Part shown: positions 37,616 through 49,148 of the stretch, piece after piece | How positions within the stretch are numbered: the first letter of the stretch is position 1 | Layout: each line of letters opens with the position of its first letter | Source: Podarcis pityusensis | Lineage: Eukaryota | Strand: one strand, 5' to 3' | DNA: 64,000 bases | Assembly: GCA_964106645.2 (NCBI GenBank) | Contig: OZ067038.1 | The notes under the pieces: model-generated | What the model was told of the DNA's origin: nothing | What the model saw: the letters and a program-made list of their open reading frames with translations, nothing else | The model's database searches: none | Position numbers and translations under genes: made by a program

Positions 37616-39860
37616 TGTGTGTGTATGTATGTATATATATATGTCTGTGTCTATAGGTGTCTATGTATGGCTGGGTGTGATAGAGATCTTTTCTCACACG
37701 CTTTCTTTTAAAAAATATTTATTTATTTTTATTTCCTGTCAGGGGAGCAGAGAGAGAGAGGAGGGAAGAGGAAATGGTGGCTGAGGGGAAAGAGGCACTA
37801 CTTTGCGCAAGCCCACCGCCGTGGTGCCTTGGCTGAGGCAGGATTTTGTAGGCCTCTCTCTCTCTCTCTCCGTCTCTGGCTTCTTCAGTGGCTCGTCGTG
37901 GTATTTTCTTCCTCACGGGGGAGCCGCTTTATGGGATGTTGGGATTGTGGAGGGAGGGGAGGGCGGCGGCAGGAGCGGGAAAGGCCTCCTGCTTCCAAGA
38001 GGGATTCGTTCCGAGTTGGGTCTCCTTGGCTTGTTTTGCGCCTGAAATACCGGAAGAGGGAGGGCCAGCCAGGGCGGGCGAGGGCAAAGGCGGCTGTCCT
38101 GGAGGCGGTTCCGGAGGGAGAGTGGACTTGCGAGGGCGCGGGGAAGGCCCTGCGCTCCTCCTGGCGTCGGCCTGTCTCGGAAGCGGAACTGAGGACGGAC
38201 GTACGGACAGCCAGGGAAAGAGAGGATGAACGACGTCCAGAGAGAACGGCGGGCGCTTCGGGATTTCCTTGGGTTTTTGTGTGTCATTTCCGCAGTGATG
38301 GGGGTCAAAAGGCCATAAATAAAAATAATAATAGCAAATGCACCCAAGGTAATCGATCTTCGTTTCCTCCCCCCCCCCCCATTCCTCCCACGACTCTCCC
38401 CGCCCTCCTCCCCACCCGCGAATCTTGCCTCTGCTGCGCTGTGATTTCTCACCCGCGGATCCTCGCGCGCGCTCCCTCTCGCCCCCGGGGTCGTGTGCAT
38501 GTTTCCTCGCAGGGAAGGCGCCAGGTGGGGCGGGCGACCGGCCGGCCGGCTGACAAGGCTTTGCGGCCTCGGCTCTCGGGCCGCTTTCCAGGGACTCCCG
38601 GTCGCTTTCTGCCCACCGGGGGAATTGGACCGACTTAACCTCGGCTCCCGCCATCGTGGACGGGTCCTGTGCAGGTTTACCCGGGACTAAGATCCGCTTT
38701 GTGCAACGGGGGCTTGCTTTACGAGAAGTGAGGTGTTTCTTTTAAAATACGAGCTAGGAGCCAGTTTGGGACCCCCTCAAGAGCACAGAATGCGTTTTAA
38801 TTTAAGCCAGAAAAATAATTCTAACTATGTATGATCTGTCTTCCGCAGTGGAAACGGAAACGAATACATGCCAAATGCCGTGCATCGGTTTTTGTTTTTA
38901 TTTTTCTGGGATCTTCCTGCTCTCTTTTTTATTTTGCATTTTATATATGGGGTTTGCTGTTTTTATTCTTGGTGGGAATGAGTTTCTGGGGGGAGGGGGA
39001 GGAAAAAAAGAGACCAGCTAGGTGATGGGGGTGGGAGATAAACGGGCTACTTTTGTCCCGCGATTTGGCCCCCCCCTTTTTTTTAGTTAATAGAAACGGA
39101 AAGAGGAGAGCTTTCGGCGAGGATTTCCTGGGGACGATAATTCATTGTTACTCATCCATATTAAATCCTCTCCATTCTTCAGGCGCGAGACATGCAGCCT
39201 TTTGCTGCACGAGTTGTGCGGGGGGACGACCAAAAATCAGAGAGCAAAATGTCACCAGGGGTGGGCGTTGCGGGGAGTATCCGGATCAAATTTAAAGCAA
39301 AGTTGTGCCATTAGTTTGTGTTTAATCCACATCACACCATCAGTACTTTCCACGTACATTGTTGCAAATGCAGAGTGACTGCGATTTAAAAAAAGATATA
39401 CATACCACGGATATCTTGAAAGGGGTGGTGGTCGATTCCAACATTAAGAGGGAGGGGGAGTAAGAACAACCCTATCAATTGGGAGATGCCGTGACCTTTG
39501 TGGGTTGGGATAACCTCGAATGACCTTGCCTCACTGGCATTTATATACACTACCTCGCAAAAGACAGTTGTTAGTGGGCTGGGGGAGGTGTGGGAAGGAT
39601 GAAAGGGATTATAAGCAACCAAAACAACCCCCCAAAAGGAGTAAGGGATTGCATTTTCCAAAATATATATTATTTGCTCAATAACATACAGCACTACGAT
39701 GGAACCAACTTGTGCTTTTTTAAACCACGGTTTCCCCCTGAATCGCCTTTTCCCTTCTGAAATCGAATTCTGGAGAAAGGACAGCTTAGGTAAACATTTA
39801 CTGATGTGGAGCAACGATACTATATGATATGCAGGAAGGAAAGTGTTGATTAACACAGAA

Positions 39861-40024
39861 NNNNNNNNNNNNNNNNNNNNNNNNNNNNNNNNNNNNNNNN
39901 NNNNNNNNNNNNNNNNNNNNNNNNNNNNNNNNNNNNNNNNNNNNNNNNNNNNNNNNNNNNNNNNNNNNNNNNNNNNNNNNNNNNNNNNNNNNNNNNNNNN
40001 NNNNNNNNNNNNNNNNNNNNNNNN
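39861..40024. other. N run (164 nt) ~2.7 kb upstream of the FOXG1 TSS
   Basis: Read directly; flanked by unique, motif-dense non-coding sequence. Confidence 0.99.
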
Positions 40025-40330
40025 AAAATTTGTAATCTGCGCTGGTTGTGGAACACAAAGAGGAGCAACCGATTCCTTTGGCTGTCGAATTTGCTGATAT
40101 GATATTAACTCAATCAGGTCTTGACAATCGGGGCCATTGTGCCTTATCAAAGCTCTTTGATCCATTTAATACACAAAGTGCCCGACGTGGGCATTGTTTG
40201 TTAACATGGAATGGTCCCCCCCCCCTCCAACAAAGCCCCTGCTCTGCAACCGAACGGAAGGAGAAAGTTTGTTTATTGTAACACTACATCGCCTGATGAA
40301 AATTTAATGCTCCGAGGTGTTCCTTAGGTC
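40025..40330. promoter_or_regulatory. Putative conserved upstream enhancer (TCF/LEF inverted pair plus SOX sites)
   Basis: ATCAAAG-ct-CTTTGAT 40146-40161; CATTGT 40135-40140; CATTGTT 40192-40198; non-repetitive; abuts the N run. Confidence 0.6.
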
Positions 40331-42275
40331 AGAGCTGCGTTTACACTGCCTTGGGATCCGGCGTGAAAATGAAGCAGGGAAAACACACAAAAGAAAAGCA
40401 AACAAACAAAGACAGTAGCAGAACGCCCCCGCCGGCCCACAGTAGTTATTCCTTGGTCAAAGTTTGACAAGTTAAATCCCTTTTCTTCCAAAATTATGGA
40501 CATGAAATAGATGACCTATCAACTGTCCCCAACCTCTTCAGCACGAAAAAATGAAAGTCAAGAAGTCGGATTTCAATTCAGGTCCAACGGCCCCCCCCCC
40601 CAAAAAAATTTACACTATTTGTGCGCCATCCTTAACTGCCCTCTGGATCGGGCGTCGAATGGCGCAAAAGTCTATACAAGCAGCAATCTCGTCATCTTAG
40701 CCTAGTGGCCAGCCTAGTGGATCTCTCCGGGAAGAGAGCAGGAACCCTTTCCCAAAGGTCCCCTTCCCCGGCCACGACTCTGAGGTTGCGATGCTACAAT
40801 GCTTGTTTTATTTCCCACTGATCATGCACGCCAGTCACAGGCGAATGGCTGTGACGCCAAGACTCACCCACCAACTAAATGGGAAAGCCTCGCGTCACAG
40901 GTGCAGGGGTTGATAAATCTGGGCTAAACAAGGATCACTCCTCTGGCTGCTGCCCAGTCGCAAACACCAGGAAGGATCAGAACTCCTTCCCCCGCCCCAA
41001 TTTTGGTCTTTATTATACATGAGTCGAAAAGGTATAAAGACACCCCTCCTCCGTTCATCGCTCAGAGAGTTTAACATGCAGCAGGAATTATTAATTCGCA
41101 TTATCTTGGGAGGCGATGGGAGCCAAAGTCAAGCACCCTGGCGCTGCAATCCTGTAACTACTTAAGCATTGAACTCAAAGGGGCTCACTTCTTACATGAC
41201 TGAGCTGTTTAAGTCACATCGATTTCAATGAACGACTCGAACCGGCCCTTTAAGTCTTTCTCATTTAAAAGCAATGGAGCCCTAAGATTGGTTGCTATGC
41301 TCCTTGCCTGCTATTTTGCGCGGCCTCTTTCATTGCAAAGAACTAAGAGGAACAACAACAAAATCCCCACCAAATACGGCATTTGTGTGTGTCCTCCTAA
41401 CCCAACCAGAAGTGCATCTGTGTCCCACAGCCGATGGAAGGCTGTAGAGGTTTTGGTATCGGGCATTGGGGTACCAATGGGCCTCCTGATGTTGCTGGAC
41501 TCCATCTCCCATCAAGTCCTGGCCTGCGAGGCCAATGTTCAGGGATGGTGGGAGTTGTAGTCCAACAGCAACTGGAAGGCCACAGATTCATCCTTCCTGG
41601 TCTAAGACGTCTGGAGGTTGTATGCCTCTTCGCTCTAGATGAGAGATGCAGAGCGCAGCTCTAGAATCTGCAGCCTCTTTGGGGTAGTCTAGAAAAGAGA
41701 CTTTCCCGTCAAGCTTGAGAATGTGCCTGTGAAGAAGGACATAGCAGATGCTTGATCCGAAGCAAACGAACACGGTGGGTAGAAGAAAGCAATAGAGAAG
41801 GCAACAACTGCCCCCGCCCTTAACTCTTGGAGACACGGATTCGCCCCTTCAGTTGCCCATATTTATTTTCTGGAACGGGAGACAACTCCGTGCGCCTGCC
41901 TATTATGGTCCAAAGGGAAGCAAAACCCACTTTGCAATTAGGAGGTTTTAGGTCACGGATTTAAATCCCCACACAGTTCTCCCAACCCCCTCTACTGACT
42001 TCCAGGGTTCTTCACACACGGTCTTGGTGAAATTAAAATGAATCTGAAGGGCCAGGTCTTCAGAAAACCCATCACCTTATCTACACTAAATTGATTCGAA
42101 AGTATGATGAGATAGCGCCATTGCTCTGCTTGACAGTGCGATCCTATACAGAACTCAGAAGCAAGTCCTATGGAATTCAGTGGCCCTTGTACGCCATGCA
42201 CCTAAAGTTCCTTGTTTCCCCTCAAGAATCCTGGGAACTGTAGCTTACCCATAACAGATTAACAATTCCCTAAAC

Positions 42276-42413
42276 CAGTGCTATTTTTCTAGAAAAAAAG
42301 AGGTGCCAGAACTTACCATGAATGCCCCCCTTGTTCTCTTATAATGGCAATGGCGCCCAACTGAGAGGTGCCAAAACGGAGTTCTGGCAAGTTCCCGCTG
42401 GAAAAAAGCCCTG
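42276..42413. mobile_element. hAT-type MITE nested in another MITE (~42205-42495)
   Basis: TIR CAGTGCTATTTTTC...GAAAAAAGCCCTG; TSD CCCTAAAC/ACCCAAAC; host halves CTGGGAACTGTAG and CTACAGTTCCCA either side. Confidence 0.7.
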
Positions 42414-43712
42414 ACCCAAACCCTTGACAAACTACAGTTCCCAAAATTCTTTGGGGACAACAGTGTTTTTAAAATGTACAATGTGTAAGCAGCCAGCTTT
42501 GCAAACTGTTAGTGTGTGGAGGTCCCAAAGGGTGGCAGAGACTGCCCTGGGTCAAGACAGACCTTAGACGATGGGATTCCATTGCCCTTAACTTGGGAAG
42601 GCAATGAAGGCTTCTTAAATTCACTGCTAAAGGCATTGAGTAGCCTAAGCTGCGGTGTCACTGGGGTGATCCGAAGAGCCAAGAGAATACAGTAAACATA
42701 GGAAACGTCCCTCTACAAAGTCCAGCTCAGTATCTCCAGTTCAGACACAGAACCTCTCCCAGTTCTACCTGGAGATGTCGGGGATTGAACCTGTGACCTT
42801 CTGGACTCAAAACAGATGCTTTCTAGTACTTAGACGTGGTCCTAGGTGGAGAGACCCCTCGCTCTACCCCGGCTAGCTCGCCTCCCAACTTGCTCTTGAG
42901 TACACCGAGAAACGTAGGGACTAGAGGGGATGAGGTGAACAAGGAAGGGTGGTTGCGCGCACGGAGATAAGAGAGGCAGATGCCAGCGAGGTAGAAAGAA
43001 AAAGGAAATTCAAAGGAGGTAGTTGGATGATTGGAGCCACGAGTGTGGCGGGGGACGTTAGCTAGATATTAACCCAGACAGAGAAGAAAGAATGATTTCT
43101 CGACGGCAAGATGCACACGTAGAGAAAGAGCTAGGACTGTGCCGCCACCCTCCAAAAAAAGTCTCCCCCATCTCTGCTGTCAGAGAGGTCTCCTGCCTCC
43201 CTCGCCAACTCTGGTGTCACCCTTAGCAGCTGGGAACGGCGTGAACATCTAGTGATTAGAAGTTTCCCTCTTTAGCGTGTTGTAGGCTTCTTCTGCGGGT
43301 TTTGGTTACAGGTTCTACGATTAGGTTGGCGAGAACAGTAGTGAACTAAACTTCCCAGTAAGAGGTCTTCACACCAGGGAAGTGTTACTTTGCCGCCGCA
43401 GCCCTGCCTCGTCACTCATTAGGAAGCCGCAGGTTGTCAGCGGCTTCTCCTTTCGTGGCGCGCACACGGGTGCGCGCGTTCACACACACACACCCCCCCC
43501 CCAAAGCCCCGGCGCTGAAACTAAATTAAGAGAAGCACATGATTAAGAAGACAAGCGTCTACGGGGCCTGTCATTTCAGCATCCCTTCCATCATAACATT
43601 GTGGCACGAAGAAATTTGCTTGAAACCCTTAGCAAAAAAATCTTTTTTTAATGTATATATATATATAATTTAAAAAAAAAAATCGGTGGAAGAGAGAGCC
43701 TAGGCTGAGATG

Positions 43713-43714
43713 GA

Positions 43715-43762
<48 letters not shown>
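43713..43762. repeat. (GAAA)n microsatellite
   Basis: Read directly. Confidence 0.95.
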
Positions 43763-45689
43763 AGAGTGTGCTTGGAGCTTGAGAACTGTTTGCTCCGGAT
43801 TGTCTTCTACAGAGGAGGGAGAGGAGACGCTGGCGAGATCCCAGGGGCCTCCAGAGACCGTGGAAACTCTTTGTACATCTCTCTCCAAGCAGGTACGTGG
43901 GCACTGGGAACCGGTGGCGGGTGGGGTGAGGGTTGAGAATGAATAGATTCTAAATCACTTCTAGGGTGTGTGGTTTTTTTTTGGGGGGGGGTAGCCCACC
44001 AGACAGACTTTCTCTCCAGCAGGCTTCGGGGAAACTCCCCCTAATGCTAGCGCTGTATGGAACACCAAGTTCCCACCGGATGACTAATGCTCATTGGCAT
44101 GGAGGAGGAGGTGGCGGCGGCGCACGCGGCGCCCAGGACCGCGCGAGCGGCCCTCTTGGGAGCAAAACTAGGGGAACGGATTCAGCTCCACAGCTTTCCT
44201 TCTCCTTTCCCGACCACTTGACTTCACTGGCTACTAAGTACCCATCTCTGCCCGCCCCCCCCCCCCCCGTGCCCGCTTTTGGCTGTTAAACACTGAGTCC
44301 CGGCCGGGAGCAAATGCTGAGGTTTCTAGAGTCAGTTCTGGAGAAGCAATCCCGAACCAGGGGAATGGGGTCTGGGTCCTCCTGCGAGTCCGGTCCTCTG
44401 CACGCTGCCTTGGAAGTAAGTCCTCCGCGACGCTACTCCTTGGCTTACTCCCAAGGAAGCGCGCAAATATTGCAGCCGTGGACTCCGGAAGGGCGGGGGC
44501 GGGCGGGTAGGATGCCTTTGGCTGGCGTCATCGCTTGGGTCTCTCGGATCCATTGGAACGTCGCAAGCTGCCAAGTCACGCAGAGCTCTCTCTCTCGCTT
44601 TCTCTTCCGAAGAGAGACGCGCGCCGGGGTCGACCGTCCATCCGGTTGCTTCCATTCCAACCTCCCAGGCGCAGAGTTCGAAGTGTCTGGATCGCTAGTA
44701 AAAGAGAACACCCCAAAACTGGTGCAAAGTGCGTGTGTGTACGTTCAACACGCGTTTCTTGATGTTGTGAGGGTTAAGGGAAGGGGTGGGGGAGATGAAG
44801 GGTGCGGTGGGGAGAGGAGGCGGCGACAGAGACCGGGTGATCAAACTTTCCCACGGCGGGCGCGCTCCAGAACCTACGAGGGCATTCCGCAAACTCCCTT
44901 GCAATTCTAACGAGGCAGCGAGGGAATGTAAGGCTGTAGCTACTACCCACGAAGAACGGCGTCAACGCGCTAATTCTCTGCCTGGAGGGGCGCCACGGTG
45001 TCGCAACATTTACGTCGAAGGGTGTGAATATTAAAGCATTCGTTTTTCGGTCGAAGCTTCCTATTTGCTGTTTTGTTTTTTTAGAAACCTAAAAAACAAG
45101 TAACTGTCGTGCCTGGTTGGGAAAGACCCTTCTAGATTTGTAGGAGAAACAGGAAATATTTACACACACACACAAATGTACGGGTTTGTGTATTCCTGTG
45201 TGTGTATTTTACTTAATGCCAAGAGATCTAGCCAAATCTGCCCTCCAGGGTGAGCGTTCTTTTGGCAAATGTTTTGTGGGCATGGGAATCACGGATCTCT
45301 GGTGTACAGTTCTGCGTCTTCTTGAGGATTTCTAGGGAATGCGCGGCAAATCCTGTTTTGGAGCAGATGGCAGGATTAGGCGATCAACTGTATTCTTTCA
45401 TTTTAAGATTATTATTTTTTGTTTTGTGAATAGTAAAAGTAGATGGCAAACCCATGTGTGCGACTTATTGCTATGGGATTGGGCCCTCCACCTCCTAAGA
45501 GTCATATAGATCGTGTGAAATGTTTTCCATAAATGAATTATATGGAGTATATTTCAGTCAAACTTTGGTTGGTAGATATCACTATGAAAACCCTAAAAAA
45601 AAAACAAAAAAAAAAAAAAAACCAAACCACAACGCCCCCCCTCCAACTGATTCCGGAGGCAATATACATAACAAAGGAGAACTATTCCA

Positions 45690-45749
45690 AAGAAGAAGAA
45701 GAAGAAGACGAAGAAGAAGAAGACGAAGACGAAGAAGAAGAAGAAGAAG

Positions 45750-45779
<30 letters not shown>
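45690..45779. repeat. (GAA)n triplet tract (~30 units) with GAC interruptions
   Basis: Read directly. Confidence 0.95.
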
Positions 45780-45780
<1 letters not shown>

Positions 45781-48700
45781 TGTTCAGTCTGTACTTCAAA
45801 CCGTACAGAAGTTCAGTCTGTACTTCAAACCCACTCAGGGAAAAGTTTTTAAAGTTTCCTTTTAAATCTAAATGACCAAAATATTAGATGACCGTGTCTC
45901 ATGATAATAACAATGAAAACGATAACAATAATTTTAAGGCATCAAATCTGGAGGCATCTCTAACTGAGTTGCATTCGCCCGATCTTTTTTAAAACCGTCT
46001 TTTCTGGAGCACGAGAAATGCGAAGTTTTAATTTTCCATTGGCAAACACTAACGCCTCTGTTTAAACAATAACAACAACTCATAAGGTGTGGCTATTTTC
46101 TTCCCCATCCATAACCAAAACCGATTTAATTTTATGGAAATCATTAGGGCCCAGTTCTAAACATTTGTCTCTGGCGTCGGTTATATTGCTCCGCAGAATT
46201 TCCGTTGTCAGGAGCTGAGGATGGTGACGACGCACTAGTACAGGAAAAGTTGTTGCGAAAATGGCGGGGCGGACGCACAGCTCCATTAGGGACCTCTCCT
46301 GTAGCGGGTTAAGCCTCTCCATGCCATGTAGCAGAACCTCGAGAGCGAAGCGTTCTTTCCCCCCCTCTCCGGAGTGCAGCAACTCCGAATTAAAGAACCT
46401 GTTTTGATCTTGCTTTGAAAACTGGGCAGAGGAGATCCCATTTTCCTCGAGCTTGTGGCTGCTCGGGCCCCGAAGCAACGGAGTGTCGCGATGCTTGCAG
46501 ATAAACAAGACAACACAACACTCGTCCAGCTTTCATTTCTTTCACTGGAGCCCTCTTTGGGCGCCCTAGGTTGGCGACTCCAGGAGAGGAAGGATGCGAT
46601 TTGCGCGCCTCGGACGATGGACGGAAGGAGGCTGAAGCCGTCCAGGGGCGTCTGCTTGGGGGCCTGCCTCGGGGTGGCCTGGGCTGCCTTCGGGTGGGAA
46701 CACCCTCGGGGAGGTGAGGATGCCAAAGAGTTAAACGAACTTGTTCAGGGCACTTTAGAACAAAGAGGGCGTTCAGGTAGTTTTTTTTGGGGGGGGGGGG
46801 GTTGGTCTTTCTTTTTTCCTTCCTTGGACGGTTCCAGCAAGACTTCCACACACAAAGCTTGATCTTTTCTGAATGTGACTTTAAAAATGGAATTTTAAAA
46901 AATCCCACTCTCGCGCCCTCTCAGTGAGAGAAATGCGATTTGTTTTGCTTTGGAATTTGCAAGGGGGGAAAGAATCTTAAAAAACAAGAACGAGAGGGAG
47001 GGAGGAAAGGAAAGGCTGCCCTAGAAGTTCTTCTGCCCTCCTACGGATGAGAACGGAAAGTTTGCAGACTCCCCCGCCGCCTCCGCCACCCACGCTCCAC
47101 TTTCTTTCCTCCCTCTTTTGCCACACATTACGTCTAGTGGTGGATAAAGTCCCTGTAGTCTGCCCTTCCTTACGGGCACTGACGCCTGAGAAGAGAGATC
47201 CAGAGTTCTCCAGAATCCTTTGTGTATTTGGATTTATTTAGCGTGCCAATTATAACAACAGTTTCTCTCACGCACATCAACACAAACACTGAGGGTGGGA
47301 CATTATTGATTATTATTTTCGAGATCGTCCTACAAAGTGCAACTCCAGGACCACATTATCCGGTAACCCGGGAAACCCAAGTAAAACAAAGCGATCCTTG
47401 GGGGGGGGGGGTATTGATATTTCTTCTCCCTCTCCCTCCCCTTTTCTCTTTCTGCGTTGATTCTATAAATCATTTAAAACATCATTTACATTTCGCTCAT
47501 TTCTCACCCTTAAAACTTTTTTAAAAAATAAAATAAAATAAGCCCCTCTGGTTCTAGCAAAACTTTGGACTAAGAAAGGTTGGGCGGTGTATGACTGAAG
47601 ACTTTAAAAAGGATTGCGCATTGCAATCCTGTGCATGTTTACTCGGAAGTAAGAACTGTTGTTTCCAGTGAGGCTGCTCGTATGTGCTTAGCTTTCCCTT
47701 CTGAGATATATAATAATGTGTGTATGTGTGGCGGGGGGAGTTCTCCTCCTTGACTCCCTTTGTTTTGAGAAATGGTGCGTTAGCTGTAGATGTCAAAACT
47801 CTGAGACAGCCTGACTAGTTCTAAGTGTTGAAACCTCATCACGAGAATTTCCACCCGATCCTCAACTCCTAACTAACACGCTACCCTAAATTAAATTGGC
47901 TGAGGAGCAAAAGCGTCGGAGATGGAGTTGTGATGCAGGCTGAAAGCGTCGCCGCTCCGCTTTGCAAAGCGCCGTGTTTTTATCCCCATTCGTTGGAACG
48001 CCGTTTAAGTCTGCATTTAGTCGGGAGTCGGTCTTTATTAATTCAGAGGGACTGAATTCTGTATAGGCGCGTGTGGGACAGAGCAGCAAGGGGGAAGATT
48101 ATTCCAGCCACTTTCTGGCTCCACAGTTCATAAATGAGGACTTAGAACCTAATGGTTGGTAAGGGAAGGAATTTATGAGTGAAAACCCGAAGCGAAGGAG
48201 TCGTTCTCATGGTTCTAACTCCACCTCACCCTTGCTCAGACGTTAACTTGGGGTTAAAATGGACGCTTCGTTTACATGCGTGTTTCTGTTTCCTATGCGG
48301 AAACCATCGTCTCTTTCCCAGAAAGAGTCGCCAGAACACCGACGCAGGCAGAGTCGGTGCGCTGTCGAATTCGACGGCCGCCTCTCGGTTGGTACGAAAT
48401 CGGTTTCGATCCCAGATCATCACTTCCCTGTTGGGTAAAGAAAGGGAAGAAACCTCACTCAGCATTAAGGCCCAGTGTGTCTAATGACGTCCACGTCAGT
48501 GTACACAGGGCTAGAGGCAGGAGAAAAAAATGCCTGTTATGCCTCTATCCTTCCGCAGTGGAAGAGGAGGAAGAAGAGGGGCTTTCCCACCTGCTGAGAC
48601 TGATGGTTTAGTCGTAAAATGCAAACTTTGCCAGGAAGACACCTCTCTCCCGCTGCCACCCCCTCCCCGCCTTAAAACGGTGGATGTTAGGGACCATCAG

Positions 48701-49054
48701 GGTAAAATGTCCATTCGCGTGTGTAACAAAGATACAGCGGCCAGAAGCTTGGATGGCTTGAACAAAGGGTTGGAGAAATCTGTGGCGGAAGGGCCTAGCC
48801 ATGGTTTATGGGTGCGGAAGGGAACCTCTAGGTACAGAGGAAGTCTACCTCTGAATCCCAGGTCCTGGGCACAAACAATAAAGAATTGCCCTCGGTGCCC
48901 TGGCCTACTTATGGACGGCTTCTTCAAGAAGGCTGGAAGCTGTGAGTCTCAGAATCCAGGACCTAGAGAGTTCTCAGGGTAGTCCTAAGAAGGTGGGTCT
49001 TACCAGCCTTCGGGAAAACCCAGGGGCGTGTGGGTGTGTTGTTTGTAATACAAA

Positions 49055-49148
49055 GAGATCCAAACATGTATGTGTCCTTTCGGAAGTAAGCCGTATAGAA
49101 TCCAAAGGTGCTTACTCCCAGGTAAGTGTGCATAGGATCGCAGCCTTA
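49055..49148. mobile_element. Palindromic ~90-bp MITE copy
   Basis: GAAGTAAGCC...GCTTACTCCCAGGTAAGTGTGCATAGGATCGCAGCC followed by TTA. Confidence 0.65.

Noticed and set aside
37719-38690. Several 110-270 aa ORFs upstream of FOXG1
   Set aside because: Overlapping frames on both strands in a CpG island with few stops; low-complexity translations; no homology recognised.
39386-40165. 259-aa minus ORF across the second N run
   Set aside because: Length inflated by Ns; flanks lack coding character.
45520-45865. Poly-Arg/Glu/Phe ORFs
   Set aside because: Translations of the (GAA)n microsatellite.
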